From: Promethearchaeota archaeon
Lineage (GTDB): Archaea; Asgardarchaeota; Lokiarchaeia; Sigyniarchaeales; SOKP01
Direction of reading: 5' to 3'
Assembly: GCA_019058015.1 (NCBI GenBank)
Contig: JAHLWH010000158.1
Span: 1 to 21,092 of the forward strand
DNA length: 21,092 nucleotides
This document shows, piece after piece, positions 8,604 to 16,015 of this stretch (position 1 is the first letter of the stretch; each line of letters starts with the position of its first letter). The translations under genes and the position numbers were made by a program. The notes beneath the pieces were generated by a model, which was not told the DNA's origin, made no database searches, and worked only from the letters and a program-made list of their open reading frames with translations.

Positions 8604-9212
8604 ATGGTGTCTATGAAAATGCATAAAGATAAAAAAAGATTGATGAATTATAGAACACATTTACAGAAGGTTCGACCGTCTTTTAGGAGAATTGAATCTT
8701 GGCGATATGTCAGAGTTAAAGATTCTTGGCGCAAATCACGAGGTATTGATTCAAAAACCCGTAGAAAGTGGAAAGCCGGTGTAAAATCTCCCAATATTGG
8801 CTATAGGACACCGAAAGCAGTAAGACATCTTCATCCTTCTGGTTTTACCGAAGCTTATGTTATAACTCCAAAAGATCTCGAAGGATTAAATCCAAAAATT
8901 CATGCATTAAGAATTAGTAGTAGGCTTGGTGCGAAGAAAAGAATAAGACTTCTCGAACTTATTGAAGAAAAAGGATTTAAAATCTTAAATCTAGGTGCAG
9001 CTCAAAAAGAACTTGAAGCATTAGAGGAAATTGCTGATAGGGGTACTATTCTTGAAGAGGAAGAAGTAGAAGAGGAAGAAGAGGTGGAGGAAGAAGTGGA
9101 AGAGGAAGAAGAGGTGGAGGAAGAAGTGGAAGAGGAAGAAGAAGAAGACAAGGAACTAGCTGAATTAAGAGAATTAGCTTCAAAAACGAAAAAAAGAGGT
9201 AAGAAGAAATAG
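8604..9212 (+). CDS. rpl32e: 50S ribosomal protein eL32 (L32e) with Glu-rich C-terminal tail
   Basis: RPSFRR.ESWRY.RV..SWRK.RGIDSK.R, PNIGYRTPK.VRHLHPSG, GAKKR; start at ATG 8604, 8613 or 8619 rather than 8562. Confidence 0.95.
   Translation: MVSMKMHKDKKRLMNYRTHLQKVRPSFRRIESWRYVRVKDSWRKSRGIDSKTRRKWKAGVKSPNIGYRTPKAVRHLHPSGFTEAYVITPKDLEGLNPKIHALRISSRLGAKKRIRLLELIEEKGFKILNLGAAQKELEALEEIADRGTILEEEEVEEEEEVEEEVEEEEEVEEEVEEEEEEDKELAELRELASKTKKRGKKK
9057..9142 (+). repeat. In-frame 30-bp tandem repeat (about 2.9 copies) encoding EEEEEVEEEV in the L32e tail
   Basis: AGAGGAAGAAGAGGTGGAGGAAGAAGTGGA is exact at 9071-9100 and 9101-9130, with partial copies on both sides. Confidence 0.9.
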
Positions 9213-9229
9213 GAAAAGGTGATTATATT

Positions 9230-9685
9230 ATGAATCTAAGCGCACAAAAAAGAATGGCGGCTGAAATATTAAAATGCGGTGAGAACCGAGTTTGGTTTGA
9301 TCAATATTTTATTGAAGATATCAAAATGGCAATTACGCGCGAAGATGTAAGGAATCTAATTAAAGAAAGAATAATAAAGAAGAAATATAAAATTGGAATA
9401 AGTAAATTTCGAAAGAAAAAACTTCATGAAAGGAAAAAGAAAGGAAGAGCACGAGGTTATGGATCTCGAAAAGGTAAAAAAGGAGCCCGAACAGCAAAAA
9501 AACAACAATGGATTAAAAAAATCCGTCCAATTAGAAGAAAGTTAAAAACTCTAAGAGATAGAAAAATTATAACAACATCAACTTATCGCAAACTATATCG
9601 GGAAGCAAAGGGTAATATGTTTCATAATGTGACACATCTAGAGAGGTACATTAAAGAAAAAAATTTAACAAGGAGGGGTAGATAA
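9230..9685 (+). CDS. rpl19e: 50S ribosomal protein eL19 (L19e)
   Basis: MNLSAQKRMAAEILKCGENRVW, AITREDVR.LI, GRARGYGSRKGKKGAR, YRKLYR.AKG. Confidence 0.97.
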   Translation: MNLSAQKRMAAEILKCGENRVWFDQYFIEDIKMAITREDVRNLIKERIIKKKYKIGISKFRKKKLHERKKKGRARGYGSRKGKKGARTAKKQQWIKKIRPIRRKLKTLRDRKIITTSTYRKLYREAKGNMFHNVTHLERYIKEKNLTRRGR

Positions 9686-10269
9686 ATGGCTAAAGGACCT
9701 ACTTATAAATTACCTCCTCGACGTAGAAGAGAAGGAAAAACTAATTATCATAGTAGAAAGAAATTAGTAATGTCTAAAAAAATAGATTGATAATACGAGC
9801 TTCGAATAAAAATATTATTGTTCAGTTTATAAAATCCAAATTTGGAGGAGATTTGGTATTAACATCTGCATTTTCAAAAGAACTTGTAAAAAGTTATGGG
9901 TGGCAATTAAATACAGGAAATTTACCTGCCGCTTATTTAACTGGATATATTGCTGGTATAAGGGCTAAAAAGGAAAATATTAATGATTCAATTTTAGATT
10001 TCGGATTAATGAGTCATTTTCATAGGCAACTGGCTGCCTTTAAGGGTGTTTTAGATGCAGGAATAGAAGTTCCTCATAAAGAATCTTTCTTTCCTCAAGG
10101 TTTTGAAGAAAGAATAAAGGGTAATCATATTCAAAATTATGCTAAACTACTGGCAGTTGATGATGAGCAATACAAATTAAAGTTTTCAAATTATCTAAAA
10201 ATAATTGATCCACTAAAAATAACCAGTATCTTCAACAAGACCTTAAATGAAATTAAAAGAACAGTATAA
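9686..10269 (+). CDS. rpl18p: 50S ribosomal protein uL18 (L18P), split by a frameshift in an A7 run at 9776-9782
   Basis: ATG 9686 gives [32 protein letters not shown] then TGA 9788-9790; the rest (RLIIRASNK...GD...SA.SKEL..YGW...[10 protein letters not shown]...RIKG.HI..YA) lies in the -1 frame. Confidence 0.93.
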
Positions 10270-10302
10270 AAATTTTAAAAAAATTATGGGTATTTTAAAA
10301 TA

Positions 10303-10935
10303 ATGTCAGATGCAAGGAGAGATAAACGACAACCAAGAAAAGTGGAAAGAGAATGGATACCTCAGACTGAGTTAGGCGAAATGGTTCAAAAAGGTGAAAT
10401 TACAATCGATCAAATTTTTAATGAGAATTTAGTCGTTCGAGAAAAGGAAATTTTTGAGATGCTTTTGCCAAATCTTGAAGAGGATGTAATTACCATAAAA
10501 ATGGTACAACAAATGACAAGGTCAGGTCAGAGGTCTAGATTTAAAGCAGTAGTCATCGTCGGATGTGAAGGATATATTGGATTTTCTTCTACAAAAAGTC
10601 CTGAAGTGGGTCCTGCAATAAGAAAAGCAATAACCAAAGCAAAATTGAATATTGTTCCCGTAATGAAAGGGTGTGGTTCATGGGAATGTGATTGTGGTGG
10701 TTATCATTCAATTCCTTTTAAAGTATCAGGAAAATGTGGAAGTATTCGAATAACATTAATTCCTGCTCCTGCTGGTATCGGTTTAGCATGTGCTGATCAT
10801 GTGAAAAGTGTATTAAAATTAGTCGGTATTGAAGATATCTGGTCTAAAACTCGAGGAGATACACGCACGTCAGAGAATTTAGTGAAAGCAACAATTGACG
10901 CACTAAAAAATGCATATAAAATGATATTGAAATAA
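10303..10935 (+). CDS. rps5p: 30S ribosomal protein uS5 (S5P)
   Basis: WIPQTELG.MV, VQQMT.SGQR.RFK, GCGSWEC.CG..HSIPFKV.GKCGS, LIPAP.GIGL, GIEDIWS. Confidence 0.97.
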   Translation: MSDARRDKRQPRKVEREWIPQTELGEMVQKGEITIDQIFNENLVVREKEIFEMLLPNLEEDVITIKMVQQMTRSGQRSRFKAVVIVGCEGYIGFSSTKSPEVGPAIRKAITKAKLNIVPVMKGCGSWECDCGGYHSIPFKVSGKCGSIRITLIPAPAGIGLACADHVKSVLKLVGIEDIWSKTRGDTRTSENLVKATIDALKNAYKMILK

Positions 10936-10951
10936 AAATAATAAATTGTAG

Positions 10952-11476
10952 ATGGAAAAAATGACCATGACCGAAATCAAAAATTCTATTGTGGAACACG
11001 AAACCCCCAAATTGTTATTCATTGTAAGAATCCGGGGAGCTCCAGGTATGCAACGTAAAATTCTTGATACTCTTATAATGTTTAGACTTCATAAGGTAAA
11101 TCATTCAGTTTTAGTGTTTCCAAATAAAAGTTATATGGGAATGCTACAAAAAGTTAAGGATTATATATGTTATGGTGAGATCAATAAAAAAATGCTCTTA
11201 AAATTATTACGAAAAAGAGCCTGTGTCGAAGGAAATGAACCTTTAACTGAATATCACATCAAAATTAAAACTAAATATAAAACTTTAAATGCTCTAGCAG
11301 ACGGTTTATTAAAAGGGGAAATTCAGTATAAAGATATTCATAAAATAAAACCAATATTTAGAATGCATCCTCCCCGAGGTGGATATCGGGGAACAGTTAA
11401 ACGTAGTTATAAAGCTGGTGGTTCTCTTGGCTATGTTGGTGATTATATTAATATACTTCTATTTAAAATGCTATGA
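10952..11476 (+). CDS. rpl30p: 50S ribosomal protein uL30 (L30P, long archaeal form)
   Basis: VRIRG, TL.M.RL.KVNH, GML.KVKDY..YGE, FRMHPPRGG, GG.LGY.G..IN.LL.KM. Confidence 0.96.
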   Translation: MEKMTMTEIKNSIVEHETPKLLFIVRIRGAPGMQRKILDTLIMFRLHKVNHSVLVFPNKSYMGMLQKVKDYICYGEINKKMLLKLLRKRACVEGNEPLTEYHIKIKTKYKTLNALADGLLKGEIQYKDIHKIKPIFRMHPPRGGYRGTVKRSYKAGGSLGYVGDYINILLFKML

Positions 11477-11495
11477 TTCCCATATGGTGAATTAA

Positions 11496-11972
11496 ATGAC
11501 AAGGAAATTTAAAAAGAAAATAAGAAAAAAGCGCGGAACACGAACAGTTGGATATGGTAGGGTCGGTCAGCATAGAAAAAAAGGACAACGCGCTGGTGCT
11601 GGAAAAACAACACAATGGAAAAAAAGTAAAAAATCTTTATATTTTAAACAAAAAAAGTTAGGATTTCCAGATCCTGATTGGCGCATGGGTAAAAAAGGCT
11701 TTAAACGACCCCAAAAGATTAACCGTATTGAAAAATTAAATGCCATTAATGTTAAAGATTTAGAATTCAAATTGGATAAATTTATTGAGAATAATATTGC
11801 AGAGAAATCTGGAGAAATATATTCAATTGATTTGTTAAAAATAAACGTTCAAAAATTGATTGGTAAAGGAGAAATAAGTAAGAAAGTTAATGTATCTGTT
11901 AATAAAGCAAGTGAAAGAGCAGTCAAAAAGATTGAAGCCGCTGGCGGAAAGGTTGTTTTATTAAAAAAATGA
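11496..11972 (+). CDS. rpl15p: 50S ribosomal protein uL15 (L15P)
   Basis: RK.RGTRT.GYGRVGQHRK.G, GKKGF.RP, INV..L, KLIGKG, AS..A..KIEAAGG.V. Confidence 0.96.
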   Translation: MTRKFKKKIRKKRGTRTVGYGRVGQHRKKGQRAGAGKTTQWKKSKKSLYFKQKKLGFPDPDWRMGKKGFKRPQKINRIEKLNAINVKDLEFKLDKFIENNIAEKSGEIYSIDLLKINVQKLIGKGEISKKVNVSVNKASERAVKKIEAAGGKVVLLKK

Positions 11973-12149
11973 AAAAAAACAGTATTTAATTTTTAAAATA
12001 TTTATTATTTTCATTCTCTTTTAAATTATTGAAAAATGACTTTTACAAAATCTTAACATATTTGATTGGTTTTCTTAAAAAATTTATGAATTTCTTTAAA
12101 AAATCATTATGACATTTTATTTTTTTCTTCTATAAACAAAATAATTTAA

Positions 12150-12166
12150 CGAAAGATTTTTTAATA
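12150..12166 (+). promoter_or_regulatory. Candidate BRE-TATA promoter for the 12229/13050 pair
   Basis: CGAAAG directly upstream of ATTTTTTAATA, about 65 nt before the TTG; AGAGGT SD at 12212-12217. Confidence 0.4.
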
Positions 12167-12228
12167 GCCAAACTTTCCTAATAGATGACTCATTAAATCT
12201 TATTCAATAAAAGAGGTTTAATAAAAAA

Positions 12229-13011
12229 TTGAGGCATTTTAAAAAAATAGGCATGATTTTTTTAATTTTACTTGGAATTGGCTCTATATTTCAAGCAACC
12301 AACGGATTATCGGCATTTACAACAACACTTCCTGATCACTATTCTTCTTTATTGACTGCTAACACTACATATAATTATCAAGTGATTGAATTTAATGGAC
12401 CAGTAAATTGGTGGACTGAAAGTAAATATTTATATACTAACCAATCTGGTGAAATTTCCATAACATTATTAGGTTTTGCGAATCAATCAGCATTTTCTTG
12501 GGTATCGAATTTAAATCCGGTTCCCTTTTGTAATATCACTTCAAAATATTTAGATGATGGCGTTTTGAAGAAAAATGTTACTTTTGTAAATAAATCAACA
12601 ACTGAAATTGGTATTATGCTTGTTTTAGGTTATAATAATTATAACCCGGGGTTTATTACATCTGTTAATTGGACGCATGAAAAATTGTTGGCTAATAATT
12701 CCGTTGATCCTATGGGATGGGTGCCAGGTACTGTTACTTTCGATGAGTCTAACCCAGCACAAATTAAGATGTTATTTAAACAAGATCCTGCTTCTGGAAA
12801 CCAAAATACGACACTTATATATAATAAAGAGACCGGAGTCCTAATTTATGCAAAAACTGAAATTTTCATATTTAATTTATATAGATTAGAAATTCAGCTT
12901 AAAGAAAGTAATATTCCGGGATATTCTATTGAGATCTTTGGTTTATTGAGTATTATAGCTGTGATAGTAATAGTATTGGTGAAAAAAAGGAATATCTTTA
13001 ATACAAAATAA
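12229..13011 (+). CDS. Secreted, C-terminally anchored surface (glyco)protein with IPGY-TM-basic sorting tail (Loki-CTERM/PGF-CTERM-like)
   Basis: N-terminal signal peptide (KK + hydrophobic), several N-x-S/T sequons, C-terminal IPGYS-hydrophobic helix-KKR. Confidence 0.75.
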   Translation: MRHFKKIGMIFLILLGIGSIFQATNGLSAFTTTLPDHYSSLLTANTTYNYQVIEFNGPVNWWTESKYLYTNQSGEISITLLGFANQSAFSWVSNLNPVPFCNITSKYLDDGVLKKNVTFVNKSTTEIGIMLVLGYNNYNPGFITSVNWTHEKLLANNSVDPMGWVPGTVTFDESNPAQIKMLFKQDPASGNQNTTLIYNKETGVLIYAKTEIFIFNLYRLEIQLKESNIPGYSIEIFGLLSIIAVIVIVLVKKRNIFNTK

Positions 13012-13049
13012 AATATTTAAACATTAATTTTTTCATTTTTTTTTAATAA

Positions 13050-13505
13050 GTGATCTTCTTGGGAAAAACCCTGAAATTTCTATTAATTGGAATTATTGCA
13101 TCAATCTCCATAACATTTTTAATTTTATTCCAGTTAGGTGTCTTTATTCCACCAAATAATAATGGTAACGGTGACAACGGACAGCTAATTATATATAAAG
13201 AGTCTGTGAGTAATATAACATTATATATAGATTATGGAAATGAAACCGTTGATATATGTGTTGGATATTCGCTTTATAATTACAACACTTCCGTTTTTCA
13301 CGCACTAGATATGTATTATGATTTAGAATATGAATATTATGCAATTTATGATGATTATTTAATTACCTCAATTAATGGAATTTCACAGAATTCAACTCAT
13401 GCTTGGCATTTTTGGGTTAATGGAGTGATAAGTCCTATTGGTTGTTATAAATATGCTTTAGACAATGATTCAATAATAAATTGGAATTTTACTACCGGTA
13501 TGTAA
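13050..13505 (+). CDS. Membrane-anchored DUF4430 / transcobalamin C-terminal-like domain protein
   Basis: N-terminal TM, Asn/Gly linker, then TL.IDYGN...SVF.AL...ITSINGI......W.FWVNG....IG...Y.L...D.I.W typical of DUF4430. Confidence 0.8.
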   Translation: MIFLGKTLKFLLIGIIASISITFLILFQLGVFIPPNNNGNGDNGQLIIYKESVSNITLYIDYGNETVDICVGYSLYNYNTSVFHALDMYYDLEYEYYAIYDDYLITSINGISQNSTHAWHFWVNGVISPIGCYKYALDNDSIINWNFTTGM

Positions 13506-13540
13506 TTTGCAAAAAATTTAGCTTAAAGACTTATCTCTGT

Positions 13541-14278
13541 TCATTTGTTTTGTGTAATATAAAAAACATATCCATAATACTCAGAATATTTCTTATACAA
13601 GGTAATTTCTTCTAGTTCCTGATCTAAAGCCTTATTGGCTTCGATATTACCTTGATACTTTTTTCGTAAGAGAGCGATACGATTTTCGAGGGGTGTATAA
13701 TATTCATCCCACCAGCCCGATTCAGGAATAATAAAATTATGTAGAAAATTATAACCTAAATTCTTTATAATCCGTATGTTTTTTTCAATCAATTTAATAC
13801 TTGGATAATATTTATTCCAGAAACCTTTTACTTCTTCTGGTGGATTCTGTTTTAGCCAAGAAAGTTCGGATATAACAAAATATCCCTTTCCTTTTAAAAA
13901 TCGGCGCCATTCTTTAAGTCCCTTTTCAAAACCAAATATGTAAATTGCTGCTTCAGACCAAATTAAGTCAAAGAAATTATCTTCAAAATCCATAGAAAAC
14001 ATTGAGTTATTAACAGTTTCAATTTTATCTTGAACACCTTCCCTTCTTGCACGTCGATTCAATTCGTCCAGAAATGGCTGATGAGTATCTAAAGCGATAA
14101 TTTTGCAATCTGCTATTTTAGCTAACTGTATAGTTTGCATACCCGGACCACACCCTATATCCAAAATGCGGGGAATAGGAGGTAATTGTTTTAAAAAAGA
14201 AAATGCTTTTTTTGTTGATTCATTATCACCTGGTCCCTCTCTCGGTAAATCCTTATGAATTTCAAAAAATATCGACAT
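13541..14278 (-). CDS. Class I SAM-dependent methyltransferase
   Basis: ILDIGCGPG motif I, FDLIWSEAAIY, LK.KGY; N-terminal LPREGPG signature. Confidence 0.9.
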   Translation of the reverse strand: MSIFFEIHKDLPREGPGDNESTKKAFSFLKQLPPIPRILDIGCGPGMQTIQLAKIADCKIIALDTHQPFLDELNRRARREGVQDKIETVNNSMFSMDFEDNFFDLIWSEAAIYIFGFEKGLKEWRRFLKGKGYFVISELSWLKQNPPEEVKGFWNKYYPSIKLIEKNIRIIKNLGYNFLHNFIIPESGWWDEYYTPLENRIALLRKKYQGNIEANKALDQELEEITLYKKYSEYYGYVFYITQNK

Positions 14279-14442
14279 AGATTTTATTAAAAATCATAAA
14301 GATTATTTAATTTTTTTAGTAAAATTTATTCAAATTTTATTATGAAATCATTTTATTTTATTAAAAACTAGCAGACTCATTCATTTTAGAAATTAAGATT
14401 TACTTAATTACTTAATTGAACTAACAAAGTAGTTAAAATAAA

Positions 14443-14640
14443 AAGGTGGATCAAAGAAATAGTATTTCTTTTAAAACCATATTGCATTGGAACAATAATA
14501 GTATTCTCTGAGGATTTCCTTCAATTGTGGAAAAGAGCTCTCATATCGAGAGAATAAAGTAGTCCAAGATGTCTATAGGCTATTGGATAGGGGCTACTGG
14601 TTTTGACCCTCATGAATAAGGCACTTTGATGCAAACTTCA
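14443..14640 (+). ncRNA. Candidate structured non-coding RNA of unknown family (four-way junction inside a closing stem)
   Basis: About 36% GC versus about 14% in the 160 nt upstream; nested helices listed in findings; G-U pairs favour the + strand; T8 tract at 14650-14657; no credible ORF. Confidence 0.55.
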
Positions 14641-14856
14641 TGTAAACAATTTTTTTTAAAATTTGTTAATAATTTTAAATAAATTCAATAAAATTGATAA
14701 CCTATCCATTTTTACTCTCTATTTGACTTTTTAAAATCGAAATTAAATAAATAATCAAGCTTCAACATAGCTTTAAACTTGATTTGGATTTTTAATATTT
14801 TATTGTTTTAACTATAGATAAATTTTATAGGTAACTTATCCTATATTAATTTGAAA

Positions 14857-15471
14857 ATGGAAAAAGAATCATTAAAATCAGATACTAAATTTAATCTATT
14901 AGACCAAGATTCGTTTAATGTAGCAATTATCAGTGTATTTTCTGCATTAACCGTGCTTGTTGGATATCTCTTGTATGCCATCCCAAATTTTGAACTTTTC
15001 AGTTTAATGTTGTTTTTTTGTGGTTTTTCTTTTGGTAAAAAAAATGGGTTTTTCATAAGTGTTATTAGTGTCACCATTTTTTGTTTTTTGAATCCTATGG
15101 GTCCCTCACATCTTTTATTATTTGCTACTCAAATATCACTCTACTCAATTTTGAGCCTTTTAGGGTTTTTTTCATTTAAATATTTGAAAAATAAAGAGTA
15201 TTTTAAGCCTACTGAAGATCTTTACGTATTAAGAGTTTTAATTTTATTTGGAGTGGTCGGCTTTTCATGGACATTCATTTATGATATAATTGCTACTATT
15301 GGGGGGTATCTTCCTTTTGTTGAATTAAGTTTTGAAGTTTGGATTCCAATTTTTATTGCAGGTATCCCATTTTCAGTTATGCATATTATTTCAAATACAT
15401 TATTATACATATTTGTGCTTCCAGCTATAATTCAAATTAGCTCAAAAATATTTAAAATTTCAGAGTTTTAA
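14857..15471 (+). CDS. ECF transporter S component, CbrT-like (predicted cobalamin/corrinoid)
   Basis: About 6 TM helices; A...AL, IPNFE...F..G..FG...G, ..Q...Y, AGIPF...HI.SN match CbrT-type S components; start at TTG 14851 or ATG 14857. Confidence 0.75.
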   Translation: MEKESLKSDTKFNLLDQDSFNVAIISVFSALTVLVGYLLYAIPNFELFSLMLFFCGFSFGKKNGFFISVISVTIFCFLNPMGPSHLLLFATQISLYSILSLLGFFSFKYLKNKEYFKPTEDLYVLRVLILFGVVGFSWTFIYDIIATIGGYLPFVELSFEVWIPIFIAGIPFSVMHIISNTLLYIFVLPAIIQISSKIFKISEF

Positions 15472-15489
15472 TTTGGGACGTAAATATAT

Positions 15490-15918
15490 TTAATAAAAAG
15501 CAGATTTAATCTTTACATCTTTTAATAATTTTTCGATTTCTCTGTAAGATTTATTAATCTTATTGAAATAATAACCAAGAGACGCCTCCTTTTTGGAATG
15601 AGTTACCAACATAAAGTTACTTTCCTGAGAACTTGTTGTGATAATTGTAAACCCTTCAACCCCACGAACAACAATATCTCTTAATTCTCCTTGGTTTAAA
15701 CCTTTAGAGATGTTTATTCCTAAGGATACTAAAGTTGCTGGACTTGCACTGAAAAGATCTGCAACAGTAGAGGCAGTATCTGAGCTAGCTATCCTAATTC
15801 CTGTTTTAGAAATAATTGCTGTCCCCTCAAGATCAGTTTTAGTTTCCAAATTTTCTAGTTGTCGCATCAATTCAACTTGAAGTTCTTTTGCAATTTCTAG
15901 CTCTTCTTCAACAGACAT
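15490..15918 (-). CDS. Roadblock/LC7 (MglB/LAMTOR2-like) domain protein
   Basis: L..LE....LEGTAIIS..G..IAS...SA..A.L..LG..I...L.QG.L..IVVRG.EG..I...LG pattern, 142 aa. Confidence 0.85.
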   Translation of the reverse strand: MSVEEELEIAKELQVELMRQLENLETKTDLEGTAIISKTGIRIASSDTASTVADLFSASPATLVSLGINISKGLNQGELRDIVVRGVEGFTIITTSSQESNFMLVTHSKKEASLGYYFNKINKSYREIEKLLKDVKIKSAFY

Positions 15919-16015
15919 GCTAAATATTAATAATTTATTTTTTTTATATCAGTCTAGTATAATATTATAATAAATTTTATATTTAATAATTTTGATTAAT
16001 TTTTGATTAACTCTC

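Noticed and set aside
9788-9790. In-frame TGA in rpl18 as selenocysteine
   Set aside because: Followed immediately by TAA; the conserved protein continues in another frame, so it is a frameshift
2834-11972. TGA stops of rps19, rps3, rnp1, rps8, rpl30 and rpl15 as Sec read-through sites
   Set aside because: They fall at or beyond the expected C-termini and no SECIS-like hairpin is evident; UGA is normal termination here
12186-12194. ATGACTCAT near-palindrome, with GACTCATT recurring at 14374-14381
   Set aside because: Two short matches in AT-rich DNA at inconsistent positions; not distinguishable from chance
14401-14416. TACTTAAT direct repeat upstream of the RNA candidate, and TTTTGATTAA repeat at about 15990-16010
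   Set aside because: Short AT-rich duplications expected by chance; no regulator gene nearby
14502-14556. Hammerhead ribozyme (CTGAGGA...GAAA within a TATTCT/AGAATA stem)
   Set aside because: Stem II and stem III cannot form in the required register and there is no proper NUH junction
14590-14620. Eukaryote-like SECIS (minus-strand ATGA...AAAA)
   Set aside because: No matching 3' GA of the kink-turn core and no upstream UGA-containing gene on that strand
14441-14850. Canonical cobalamin riboswitch upstream of the ECF S gene
   Set aside because: No AGGGAA, CCCC loop, GCCACUG or B12-box (AGYCAG.AGACC) motifs found on either strand
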